A stretch of DNA of 64,000 nt, from assembly GCA_009914755.4 (NCBI GenBank), contig CP068257.2:17344001-17408000 (forward strand). The letters run 5' to 3'. Shown here in pieces: positions 26,546 to 40,771 of the stretch; position 1 is the stretch's first letter; every line of letters starts with the position of its first letter. The notes beneath the pieces are model-generated. The model saw only the letters and a list, made by a program, of their open reading frames with translations. It did not search any database and was not told the DNA's origin. Source of the stretch: the human T2T-CHM13v2.0 reference genome, Homo sapiens. A program made the translations under genes and the position numbers.

Positions 26546-27816
26546 CTTATTCTGCTCATTTTCTAGACCAGAGATTATTAGCCTGGGGTAATTTTGTTCC
26601 CCACTGTCAGGGACATTTAGCAGAGACTGGAGATATTTTTGATTGTCACACTTTCATGAGACTATGGGAGTGTTGCTGCTGGCAGTCAGTGGGTAGAAAC
26701 AAGAGATATTTCTAAACATCCTATGATGTGTAGCTAACAAGTGTTAACCAACCTCAACTGTCAACAGTGCCAGGATGAGAAACACTGCCCTAGAGCATGC
26801 GAAGTAGATTTCTCTTGACCAGTGCATATCCCGAACTAAGCAAACATTTGTCTGATAACCTTTAAAACCCTGGAATCTCTCATTACAATTCTGCTAATTC
26901 TCCATGGAAGCATGTGCCAATACTTTCATTTGAGATGTTATGTGAACATGTCATTATAAATAACAACTTGCATGTAGTGCATTAGAATTTGAATCTATAT
27001 AAAATTCATGAAAAATGATATTGCCAGGTTCATCATGGATATGCAAAGGTTTAACCTCAAAGTGATCCAACTACAAACCAAGTCTTTAGGCTTATCTATC
27101 AGGTTTAGTTCATATGCCCGCATATACCACCACAGAATGTCCTATGCCCAGCTGGCTGCTTGCCTGTGCATCTCTGTTCTTGTTGGGCCTGGCAGCCCTC
27201 TTCCAAATGTTAACACTGAGGCACGTGAGCCTTCAGGATAACAAACTTACATGCTAGAGATAATCATAGAGAGTGCAGTGCCAGCAGTTGGTGAGCAGAT
27301 TTTGAGTCATGTTTAGACTTGCCACTGAAATTCTGCAAGAAAAGAACATCAGAAGTGAGGAAAAGACAAATAAAAATATCTTCAGGATTTGGCATTATAA
27401 ACTATATACAGCCTCACATTTTTAAATTTTGCCATGGACTTCCTGTTACCATTCCATTGAAAATACACTAATGTGAAAAGTTCCTGAAGATTCCATGTTG
27501 CTTTCTAACTATTTGATAATCACAAAGATGGCATCTCTTTTTTTCCTCCCATTCCTCATATTCCTCTTCCTCTCAATTCCACGGAAGGGAAAAGTAGCAA
27601 AAGGTGTTTGAGCCATAAGTTAGTGGAGTCCCAGGTGTCACAATAAATGTTGTGCATTATTTTCTCACACATCACTTGAGTGAAAACTTTGTGTATCGAA
27701 TTTAGGAAACTATTGATTGCCTTTCCTCCTGGAGAATAATTATAGACAAAGTTTTATTTAAAAAATCCAATAGTTACTGAGGGAAACGTAGGGAAAGAGG
27801 AATAGACCAGTCCAGT

Positions 27817-27852
27817 TAAAACAAAACAAAATAAAACAAACAAACAAAAAAC
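27817..27852. repeat. (CAAA)n-like simple repeat.
   Basis: Reads aaaacaaaacaaaataaaacaaacaaacaaaaaaca. Confidence 0.7.
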
Positions 27853-28451
27853 ACTAGAGCAACAATGGGATGACATCTGTTGAAAAGAAATTCAGTACCG
27901 GGCCAGAAGTGAGCGGGCTGGCTGGCCAAACATTATGCATTGTGTAATATATTGGATCCATTGTGACACTATGCATTTTCAGTTAAATTTATAAAATTTA
28001 TGATATCGATTGCTCATATGATTTTTCTTGTAAAAAAGCATGTGAGATAGAGCCAAAATAGGTAAATTGTTTTGAAGGCCTGAAGCACAAACACAAAAGT
28101 TTGGGAATATCCAGAGGATGTTTGGAGAGTCTTTTATCATCCCAGTTCACACTGGGATAACTTATTGATTTATAGACAGAAAGCCCATGATATACAGGAG
28201 ATGTGGATTTAACTAATTCAAAATAAAATTAATATCCTACTTGATTTATTTCTCAATCTTATGATTTTTCAGATGTGAACAAAAATTACTCTGGTAAAAT
28301 GAATTATTTCTAACATTATAAATCCAAGAATAAGAGGATTAAAAATGAAAAGAACATATAAGCAAGTTGAAGGAAACCTGACCTTAGGAATTCCACTGTA
28401 AATAATCTTTCAGTTTACTGCTATATACAGTTTAAAAAAATTTGCAAATAA

Positions 28452-28749
<298 letters not shown>

Positions 28750-31700
28750 GGAAATAGAAATACAGGATACTCAGTTAAATTTGAATTTTGGTCAAAAAAT
28801 ATTGTTATTATAAGTGCATCTTATGCAAAATTTGGGACATAATTATACCAACGTATGTTTTGTTGTTTATCTGAATTTCAAGCTTAACTGGTCATCCTAT
28901 GTTTTATCTGGCAATTCTATCTTTTCTGTCATCTTTGTATCCATTTTGCAAATACATTTTATCTATTCTCCCTCATATTCATCTACTGAAAAAAAAACGC
29001 ATTTTTGCTTTTCAACAAATATTCAAGATCTGGAAAGAATATAGAGCTTGGAGAAAAATAGCAGACAAGAACAACATTTAATAAGACTTTTAAATGAAGC
29101 CACTGGCAAAGAGTGGAAAGAAATATTTCACTCTCTGTGCTAAAGTATTGAAAATGTTCAGATTGTTCTTATTTTTCAAGATTCAAGTAATAATACATTA
29201 GGGTAATTTTCTCTTTTTTTAGTGGAAATGAATGACTAAATGAACAATTAAAATACTTTTGCAATATTGAACTGAAAAAAAAAACCTGTTGGGGGTAAAG
29301 AAGACTAACTTGAATGTTATTTAGTTTTTAACATTCATGTTATTTAATTCTTAACATTGACTTCATCTTTTGGAGAAAAGAGTGAAAACCCTTCATTCAT
29401 CATCTGTTAGTAAAATTGTTTCTGAAAAATATATTTGTCCACTAGCAAATACTGAATTGCTTGATTTAGTGATTTAATTTGACTTAGAACCATCACGACA
29501 ATTACAAAATCACATTAAGGTTAATTAGAAAATCACATTAAGGTTACTTAACTTAAGTGCTAATTGGTTTCTATGAGTGTTATAATGGTGCTAATTACTC
29601 TCCCTTTCCTTGGGTTCTAACCAGTTGAGAATGACTCCACTGGGATACAAGTATTAGGGTTGTAAATTACCTGTGTGCATTTATTTCCTATGAAGTGTTT
29701 CTGCTAAACCGAATCAGATGTTGGATAAGCATAAGGTCAAATGAGGTTTTCCATTTTTCTCTCTGTTGTACTGAAGACAGCTGCATCCATACAGCTAACT
29801 TAGCACTCCAGGGCGGGCTGAGCAGGTAGACTCCCTGTTCCCCTTGCCAGTGGCAGTTGTGAATAACTGTAGAAAGGCTGGCAGCCTTGAAAATTCCCTG
29901 CAGAGGTGAGTGTGCTAGCAGAATTATATATCATGTAAATAATCAGAGGCCAGGTTGACATATATAATACTTGATGCTTTTATATTTTCAGAACTCAACA
30001 AACATTTCTCTGCAGGGTGTGAAACCCCTAAATATTGTGCTGCTTGATGCCTAGACCGATGGTTTGAGGACACATCTGTTGAAGTTAGGCTTTGCAAAGA
30101 AGATAGCAAAAACCTTTTTACAATGTCCTTATGAATACAATACACACTGGAAGAATTCTAATTATGAGGCAAATGGAAACTTAATGGGCTAGAATGGTTT
30201 AGGACAAGGACTTCTTGATCAGTTCCTTGTTCTTTTCTTGTAATGGACCAGGCTGATGGGCTCCATCTGTTGACAAATAGTTTTATTTTATATTTTCAAT
30301 ATTTGGCTCACTGACTACTGTATTAAGCTGCGTTCAAAGGTTTATTTAAAGCATCAGCTGGGATCTAATGCTAGGTAATCATTTGTAGGTATTACAAATT
30401 TAAAAAAGTATTTTTATTTGAGTTTATTTCCAGTGCCCTTTTTTATACTAATGCGGCTTTCCTCTCTTCTAGTTTTGGACGATAATAAGTTATTTGTTCT
30501 TGTTCTTCATATGTTTACATATTACCAAACTTCATTAGTTTTAAGCCAGGTATATTTTCATATATTGCCATGTTTGAAATTGGATTGGGTCTTACAATCA
30601 AAAGCATTGATTTTATTGATTGAAACAGCAAATATTTTTTCTTTCCTGATGATCATAAAAATCAAGAAATCAAATGTTAAACAATAGGACATTTTGCAAT
30701 TAATGACATCTTAGACCTAAAGAAATATGATATTTCATGTGAGGCAGCTCTCATTAGCCATAAATATGTTTCTTTTGCCAATCTTACTGATGATACCCTG
30801 ATTTTTACAAACTCCTTCCTAATTTAGTAATTCTTTCAATTCTAACCATGCCTTCTGGTGCCATTTCATGTGTTTGTGCATATTTTTCTATGTGTATATG
30901 CACATTGATGGACATTTAAAGATAGAAATTTTGAATAGTTTAATTGTTCCTTTAATTATACCCAGTTAACATAAAGCAAGCTTTAGTTCATGTCTCTTCC
31001 AATTTGATAGCCTATCATGAAAAATGTCAGAGGCTCCTGTTGATCTTATGTATGGAAGAGGAGACAGACAACAACCCAGGAAATATATTTATGTAGAATG
31101 TTTTTTCAAACAAAATTATGCTTTAAAATGCTGTACAAAGAGTAAAAATTTTTCTTGACGTCTCTAATTATTTCTCACACTCCAACTGTCAATTAGTTGT
31201 TCTAAACTTTAAAAGGTTGTCTTCATGTTGGCATAAGTGATATAAAACTATTGATATACATGAAGATGTTTTGTTAGAATTTTATTCTCTCTTTGAAAAT
31301 CCTCCCAGGAAATAGCAACTAAATAATAACAAACTCAAACAAAAATTATATGATTGATGTGTAAATAAAACTCATTTTTTTAAGAAAAATCATAAATATT
31401 TAGGAACCACTATAGTTTTTTCTAAAATCCAAAGAAGGAAGATTCCAGAATCTTTTTAATGATGGCCTGCTGTCAAGAAATTTGTAATATTCATTGTTAC
31501 ATTCTGGAGGTTTAGTTGAGGAAGTTGTATTTTTCATTCATTAACTCTACTAACTTTGACTTTTCTTAATTGTGTGTAATCAATGTTATAAATAAAAAGA
31601 AATAAAATTTAAAAATTAATTATAAAATGCTTAACCAAAAAGTATATTTTGTACTGTCACATTTGATATAAAGATAAATTAAGTATAGGATGAGATTAAA

Positions 31701-34700
31701 TAAGAGACTTAATAAAAACTATGCTACTTTTATTTAATAATGATAAAAGTTTGGAATTCAGCATATGTACAAAATGCAATTGTAAAAATAACATAGAAAT
31801 CGGATAACATAAATAATGAATGAAATAAATTATTCTTTCAAATTTGTGAATTGAAAAATTAATATCTCCTTGTATTTCCTAAAATTATGAATTTTGTTGT
31901 CTTGTACAAAATATATCTAAATTGTCACTCTATAGCTTATATTATAATGGATGGACAAAAATACATCTATATAATTATAGGTAAGATGGCATTAATATAC
32001 TAACAGTGATTATCCCTTTGGAAATGACATATTATCTAAGTCTTTGCCATTGGATAACTAATACAAAATCTAGAAAAATATGTATTCATCAGTGTACATG
32101 AAATACATTTGCATATACTTTTAATGAGGATATATTTAGAAGTTTTTTCTCAATGTGACTATTGTCTTCAAAGGATAGAAGTTGTTTTAACAGAATTTGA
32201 AAGATTCAAAATATGTCTAAAAAATAGTTTAGCCATGAAGTGGGGGATGGGGAATGCTGTGAATATAGGCTATTAGCATCTCAGTATGTTGCCTATTATA
32301 CTAATATGTACACCCTTCAGAAACCGAAATAAAGGAGAAAATTGCTTTCTGCAAATTGGACACTGTAAGCACACACAGAGTGTATAATTAATACAAAGGT
32401 TGAAAGGTGTATTCATTAGCCATTTTTGTACTATAATAAAAAGGATTAGTCTTGCTTATAAAGATATTAAAAGGAAACTAAGTTTAATATAATTTTTTGT
32501 AGAAAAAATGAAACTCTAGCATTTAGAATGAATGAAATCACAGTTTTGAGTTTTTATGTAGTAACTGACTTTAAAGGAATTCTTTATCAAATTATTAACA
32601 AATTATTTAGAATAATACAATAATAATATAAAAGTCTCTTTCATGACTTTTATATTACTGTATTTCAAGTCTTCTCATTCTTCATCATAAATATTTATGT
32701 ATTTTTCCTAAAGATTATTTTGTGTCTGTTAAACTGGCATTTGCCCTCATCTACCTGCTAACCTGGTATGTCTCAATGGGTGTCTTAAAAAATTTGCTCT
32801 GCTAAGAGAATAGAAAACTCATATATCATTGTGTACATCCATCTATAGATGGTGATGATATGAATACACTTTCATCCCTCTTCCAGTCATCCAAACTAAA
32901 TTCTACAATTGTTTGTGGAAGACATTGTTACTCTTTAATTGTTACCCTTCAAGGCAAACAGAGAGTATACTTCTGCTCACATTTCATTAGCTAAAGCAAA
33001 TTTCCGAGTCGGGACTCACTTTAAAGTACATGCTTTAAAAAGTCAATACTTGATTTTTTTTGTGCCTCCTAAACTTGGCTTAAATAATTGCCATAAAATG
33101 TTAAAATGAATGTTATTTTCCATTTTCTCTAAATTCACTGGGGTTTGATTGAAATTGCACTGAATAAAAAAAATCCATTTGAGGAGAAATGTCAACTCTA
33201 CGATACTTAGCCTTTCAATCCAGGTACATGGCATCATTTATCTACGTATCTTATAATGTATCTCAGTAATGATCTATCTATTTTCTGTATGGTCTTGTAT
33301 ATACTTTGGTAGATTTATTACTAAGTAGTTAAATTTGTTGCTATTGAATGGTTGTTTTTTTTAAATAGCATTTTCTCAATTTCTGTTTCTTATATATAAA
33401 TATAAAGTTGTTATTGAGCTTGTATTTCAGAACCTTGATAAATTCACTTATTCTAACAAACAGTATAACTACAAATTTTAGATTTATTCCATGTTGTAAT
33501 CATAGGACCTTCAAATTTTTCTTGTAAATATTTTTTACTTGTTTTCTCGTTGCTTTGTCTTGACCTGAGAAGAATGAGAAATAATGCTGTCCATTTGAAT
33601 TAGGAGTCCATCTTTAAAAAGGGATAGTACAAATAGTGAGAAGAGCTTTGGCTGGGAAATTATGCTTCAGCTATAGCACAGATCATCTGTACTACATCAC
33701 AGGGCAGCTGTACTATATTGGGGAAGTAGTTTCAGCTTCACACTTGTCATCTTTCTTTTCCTTATAAAACAAAGTTTAAAAGATTCCACAGTTTTTCTTA
33801 GTGATAATATTCTATTATTTTAATCTATAACTGGTTCTTATAGGATTTTAAATTTTACTTCTATAAAATATCTTAATGTTACCTTAGAAGAAATATATAC
33901 TGAAAATCTAACTTCAAGGGAGCTATGTATCTCCTGAAGACATGAGGAATAAAATAACCTGAAAAGGGCATGTTCAACTAAATCATCCTGAAATATTTAT
34001 TTGTATGCATGTTAAACCTACTCACATAGGTCAGGCAAAATATTTTTATATTAAGAATGTTTCAGTGGATATTATTTTTCCTATTCTTAGTGCTATGAAC
34101 CTCTCTTATAATTTTTTTTACACATATATGTATAATGATGTTTTGAATCCACGGATACAGGCTTCAGAGTCAAGTTCAGTTTCCTTGAAATAGTGAAACC
34201 TAAATGGACAGCACTTAATGAAAATGAGACTGGCTGCACCACCCCATTCCACACACCATATGTCCTGAATAGCCTCTACTCTCTGCCAAGATGTAATTCA
34301 AATCAGTGACCTAGAAATGAAAGACTACATACCCCATTACCAATCAATTCCCTGAGCCATTCAGTCTCTACTCAGTAATATTTTAATAAATCATTTTCAT
34401 TTATATTGATGAGCCGTTAATGCAAATTGTAAGTAAAAGGACAGTTGACTTTTATTAGCAAAGACACGAATATATAATATGCTACACCAAAAATTCCATG
34501 CCCTATGCTCTATGTGATACCATGTAACTCATTCACCAGAGGAAAAGATGAAATACTAGTAATTTTACAGAACTTCATGAAATCATATTTTTACATTTCA
34601 TTTAATATCTTAGATTGTTTCTAAATAATTGTAGATAAAATGTTTGAAATTTGGGTTACATTCTATGCTATGTTTCTGTTTCATTCATGTTAATTAATAA

Positions 34701-35699
34701 GAGGTAGTTCCAATGATGGAAAGAGCTTGACAACTCCTAGGCACTCTTTTAAATGCCAATGGATTGTACCTTGTTTGTGTAAGCCTAAAGCTGTAGTTGT
34801 GTAATTCCATATCCATGTGTGAATTCTGCCTGCCTCCTTCCCCCGAGTATAAGCTTTACTTATACTGGTAGTATCACTCACATTATTAAAACAATAGTGA
34901 CACTAATTAACAATGAGTATTTTAGAGGTTTTGAAGTTATAAGTTGCTGCCACATTAATTATCTCGTTAATTAGCCTTCAAACCCTGTAATTTGAGTGAT
35001 TTAATCATTCACTCAACATTATTTTAGCTACTTTATGGAATTGTAGTAAATGCCAGGAATATAAAAATGAAGATAAAAAGCCAAAGCCCTAATGAGTATG
35101 TCAGCAAGGGTTATTTTCCCTGGACAGTTGTGTTATTCTTACTTCCTCAGTGCTATGAAGAATCAAAAACTAATCATCTTCTTTAAATGTGCAGAAAAGA
35201 AAAGAAAAACACACCTTTCTGCTTAGTTGCAGAAACCACCTCTGCATGAGTCAAGCTCTCTGATGAATGAGGAAAGTAAAGACACTATATTAATGTTTTT
35301 CAAATTGGGTTCCATGTAATTTAGAGTATGGTGCAGTATTAATAAGAGTTTTGATCAAAACATTTTGTAGATGAAAAAAGTTTGATAACTGTTCATATTA
35401 CATTTTCTTATAAGATTTTTGCAATATGCATTAAAACTTCCGAGAAATACTGCAGTAAATAATGTAGTTTGACTTTATTATTATTAAACTTTCTCAAACA
35501 CAAAATCACTTCCTTTTTGGAAATCTTACAGTAATATAGTGCAGGTATTGTTCTTCTATAGACTAATAGAAGCATTCAGCTAGACAAATTAAAAATGGTT
35601 TCTAGTATTATTTTACCTTTGGCTTTTAGTGATGTTGTATCTGTCTCAATGTTTATTAAAAATAGACCATTAACATTCATGCAAGCTATTTAATTCCTT

Positions 35700-35990
35700 T
35701 GAATTTGTTGAAAATGCAGAATATTAGGTCTCGGCCCAGATTTATGATTTAAAATTTGCATATTAACAAGATCCCAGGTGATTTGTAATCATATTAGAGT
35801 TTGAAGCATTAATTTAGATCAGTTGTTCTCAACTGATCTAAATTAGTTAGTTAGTTCTCTAGACTAACTAAGTTAGTTCTCTAGACTAACAGCATTAACA
35901 TTACCTAGAAATGTGCTGGAAATGCCCATTGTTAGGCCCTACCCCAGACATACTGAGTCAGAAATCCTAAAAATGGGACCTAGTTATCAG
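35700..35990. mobile_element. Fragment(s) of a nonautonomous hAT-type (MER/Charlie-like) DNA transposon. A central 10-bp-stem hairpin agatcagttgttctcaactgatct is followed by a 19-bp direct repeat gttagttctctagactaac x2.
   Basis: The sequence ...aacaagatcccaggtgatttgtaatcatattagagtttgaag...cagttgttctcaactg...gaaatgtgctggaaatgcccattgttaggccctaccccagacatactgagtcagaaatcctaaaaatggga resembles the palindromic MER-type consensus (cagtggttctcaa...ttagaaatgcaaattctcgggccccaccccagacctactgaatcagaa...). Confidence 0.5.
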
Positions 35991-36953
35991 TATTTATAAG
36001 GTTCTTCCAAATGATAATGATGGAAGCTAAAGTTTGAGGATCACTGTTTAACAGTGGGGTTACATTAAGTCATTTGGAGGATTTTGTTTTACTTTAATAT
36101 TAATATCTAGGTCTTGTGCTCAAATGAAGTAAATGAGAATGTGGGTATGAGGATGGAAAGGTGCTAGTCATAATGTGTTTTATAACCTTCTAAAATGATA
36201 GTCATTCACAGTCAAGATTGAGAATCACTAATCTTCGTAATAACTCCATCTGCTGTGAAGATTGAATTATTTTATAGAGATAAGGACTCATTTAATGACC
36301 AGGGCAATGGGGACAGGACAGATGTGTAACTCATGTTAGCAGAGTAACTTACAACGCATCTAATAACGAGATGAAATTAGCCATTACTATGGTTCAGGTA
36401 TGGTTCGTTGGTCCCCACCAAGTCTCATTGAAATTTAATCCTCAGTGTGGTGATGCTGGGAGGTGGAGCCTAATAAGAAGTGGGTGGGTTAGGGAAGCAG
36501 ATCTCTCATGAATGGCTTGATGCTGTTCTTGTGGTACTGAGTGAGTTCTTGCCCTTGTGGGACTGGATTCTCAGGGGAATGGATTAGCTCCACCAAGAGC
36601 GGGTTATTGTAAAGTGAGGTTCTTCCCCCTGTTTCATCCCTCTTCCCATATGCCTGCTTCCCTTTGACCTTCTCCATCAAATTTTGATGCAGAACAAGCG
36701 TCTTTCCCGGAAGCAGAGTAGTTGCTGGCGCCCTGCTTCGGCATCTTCTCTGCAGAACCCTGAGCCAAAGAAATCTATTTTCTGTATAAACTACCCAGCC
36801 TCAAGTATTCCTTAACAGCAACTCAGAATGGACTAAGACAACTGTATTCATTTGCCAAAGCAAGAAGTTCTCTTGGAATTAGTTAAGTCTCACTATTGTT
36901 TCGGGAAGCTGGAAAGTGGGTGCTCATACCGATATGCTCAGATTACCCTTTAA

Positions 36954-37347
<394 letters not shown>

Positions 37348-37676
37348 CCCCACTTTGCTTTTCTGAAGCCTCACAGCTGGTACTTACATACTTTTACCAT
37401 TGTGAAACTCAAATAGCTAGAGCTGTCTCTTAAGTGATCTAACATTCTTTATTCCTATGGCCTCTTCTGTCTCCTAGACCTCTGTTACAACAGTGGCAAC
37501 ACTGCTCAGTGTGTCATATATAAAACTCAAGACCGTTTTGGTTTCACAAAAGATAAGCATACATAACATGGGAGAAGTGCCCTCATAAAACTTTCTGCAG
37601 AGTAAGAAAATTACCAGTTTTGTGTGGAGGGTACAGCTAAAAGTGAAATTGTGTGGTATGGCAACGCAAACATCTT

Positions 37677-37798
37677 AGAAATATATTTAAGAAGTTCTTG
37701 TTCTTTAATAATGTTCTCTGGTGACGAATAAATATATTTAAGAAGTTTTTTTTTCTTTAATAATCTTCTTTAATAATATTCTCTGGTCACAAAGAGCA
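37677..37798. repeat. Imperfect tandem duplication of roughly 57-65 bp. The unit is aaatatatttaagaagttcttgttctttaataatgttctctggtgac.
   Basis: Copy 1 spans 37677-37733. Copy 2 spans 37734-37798 and carries an internal extra cttctttaataat. Confidence 0.75.
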
Positions 37799-38131
37799 TG
37801 TTGGTTGGAATCAACATGGTTTTGGCCACTTCTCTTTCCAGACACACCCAAGAGTACTGGTCCTCCCTCGTTTCCCTCCTTTATCTGCTCTTTGCTCTGA
37901 CTGTCTCGTGATATCCACCTTTGTATATCGGTGCTAAGAACAAAACACCTCTTCCTAAAAGTGAGCAGCCTAACCCACCAAGGTGGTCAGGAGATAAAAG
38001 TGATTTCACTCCAGCATGAACTTCTTTCCTTAGAAAGCCATTGTATTTATATAAGGTGCCCAGATGTGTACATTGTTTAATGTGACAATTGCATGCACAC
38101 TTGTTGTCCAGGAAGTCTGTCACTTTGTATT

Positions 38132-38134
<3 letters not shown>

Positions 38135-38162
<28 letters not shown>
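38135..38162. repeat. (GT)n microsatellite of about 14 units.
   Basis: Reads tgtgtgtgtgtgtgtgtgtgtgtgtg. Confidence 0.95.
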
Positions 38163-38655
38163 TTTAAATTTCTAACAAATTATTGTTAGTGATGGCATAA
38201 GAACATATCATTTTGGGACTGACACTATTTACTTAGTGCTGTCGGCTTCTGCCTTGGGTTTGGTAACATTTACTTAGCACTTCAAGCTTCTGGCATGATA
38301 TCGTATAATTGCATGTGAGACTCCCGTGCAGTGAATAGAGTTCTTACTTTAATTTGGTTAAATCTGAAAGACAATCACTCTTGAACAACTTTATCATTAC
38401 TGAGTAACTACACCTCGTTTTCAAGGATGGCATAGAGGTGCCTACTGATAAAAAGAATTACACTCAGAATCCAACTATCAGGGACTGCTGACTTCTTACT
38501 ATCTCAGGTGATGGTAGAAAAAATATTCCTACCATCACCTGCTGCTCCCTCTGCCAGTCATTTGATGTACCATCCATGGCTCCACAGTCCACGCTATTGA
38601 CAGCGTGATACAGAGAAGAAGGGAACGACCAGGCCAGCAGTCCAGGGATCAGAGG

Positions 38656-38718
38656 GAAAATAAAATAAAATAAAATAAAAAAATAAAATAATAAAATAAA
38701 ATAAAACAAAATAAAATA
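38656..38718. repeat. (AAAAT)n-like simple repeat.
   Basis: Reads gaaaataaaataaaataaaataaaaaaataaaataataaaataaaataaaacaaaataaaat. Confidence 0.85.
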
Positions 38719-39509
38719 TAACCAGAAAATTATAGATGAGATATACAGAATGAAGACAAGAAAATACAAAAACTCTCCTAGAAAACAGTCTGAGCAGCCT
38801 ACTATTGAGTACAAAAGTTGTCGGAATGTGTTTCCTGTAGTAGGATTGTCACTCTGTGGTATAGATCTATATTTCACATATTTCACTGTTCTATGGCAGT
38901 TTTTCACATGAAATTCTGTTTCTTGTCTTTCAGAACATGAAATCAACATATAGACAAAATGCAGAAGAAAATTTCAATTATGGAAAAGAGAGTAAATATT
39001 TTCAAGTTTGGCCTTTTTAAGGACACATTGTCAAATGTCAGTGCTCTGGAGAGAAGTTGGTTGTTTCTCATTCTTTGTTGGTTTTGAATAAATCTGCTAT
39101 AAATATTTGTGTTGAGATTTCTTGTGCGTGTACACATAAGCATTCAAATCAGCTGTACAATACTTAGGAGCATAGTTCCTAGATAGCATGCTAAGACTAT
39201 GTTTATATTTGTAAGAAAAAAAAAAGACCACCAAATTGTCTTCTAAAATGTATCATTGTGACAAAAGATTCTTACTCTATTAAGAATGTATAAAGTATAA
39301 TCTCATTAAAGATTAGGGAAAAGATACTGACTTAGGTAACCTGGAAATGAGTGGAGTCTGTAAAACTAAACGCAAAAGAACTGCACATAAGCACTAAACT
39401 CTAGTAGGAAATGTTGTTCCCTACATGGGTACAGGCTAAGGATTATGCAACCGCGACACATATACACTGAAATTTAACAGTTAGGTAAATGGAGGCAATC
39501 TAGAGAATT

Positions 39510-39659
39510 ATGTTTCTCACACTTGAAGTGTGAAGTTATAAGCAAGCAAGGGAGGATGCGTTCCCAGTAATGACTTCAACTCTAATCCATCACCACGTAG
39601 ATCATTCGAGCATCCTCCCTTGCTTGCTTATAACTTCACACTTCAAGTGTGAGAAACAT
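39510..39659. repeat. Perfect inverted repeat with 50-bp arms (39510-39559 and 39610-39659) separated by a 50-bp spacer.
   Basis: The left arm is atgtttctcacacttgaagtgtgaagttataagcaagcaagggaggatgc. The right arm is its exact reverse complement, gcatcctcccttgcttgcttataacttcacacttcaagtgtgagaaacat. The arms extend about 8 bp further outward with 2 mismatches. Confidence 0.95.
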
Positions 39660-40474
39660 GATTCTCAATATAGATACTAACAGTTACATTTATAAGAATG
39701 TGTAAATGTAAGGGTTGGAATCAACACATTGTCTTGCTCTGTCAGTTGAGAGGACCTTGGAGCAATGCCACATCAGAACAGCATATCTAGTACCCGGATC
39801 TTAGTTTCTAATGTCACTCTCCAATTAAAGGGCACAGAGTTTTTGGAGAAATGACTGATTCTAGGACAGGGTAAAGGATATACAAGATGGGACTGAAAAA
39901 TATTTTAGTGCCAGAAAAAAATGGCCTTCTTGAAAAAATAAAGAAAAAAATAACAGAACAAAATGCACAATGATGAGGGAAAGACAAAGGGAAACAGGGT
40001 CAACTGAAAGAGTTCTCAATGGCCAAAGCTGGGATGATGTGACAAATGAAATAAGTCAGTGTTGGACTGTAACACAAAGTATAAAATAAATACTTAAGAG
40101 TTCATGATAATATGAATTATTGAATAAATAAATTAGGGAAAATACACAAATCTCTCTTGTAAAAACATGAAAAACAATTCATGGGAATACTCAGCCCTTA
40201 AATAAATGGAGCATAACTCCTCATTCCTTAAGTATGGGTTGCACATAGTGACCTCTTTCCAAGGATTACCATATGGAAAGGCAGGGGCAGGCCTGGGGGA
40301 AAGAGTAAGTTTATATTGAAGAAATCCGATAAGCACTATCTCTGCCAGGTGAGCAAGAATAATATCAACAGTGATAATTAACATTGATTGTATTTATACT
40401 TGCTATGATACAATGAGAGCAGCACTTCACTTCTGTGGTCTTCTTCCCAAAAATTCATAATAAAAAATTAACCA

Positions 40475-40771
<297 letters not shown>

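Noticed and set aside
38464-38949. A 161-aa minus-strand ORF with a hydrophobic FILFYFILLFYFFILFYFIF stretch that could be mistaken for a membrane protein.
   Set aside because: The hydrophobic run is simply the translation of the (AAAAT)n simple repeat at 38656-38718. The remainder has no protein-like features and no start context.
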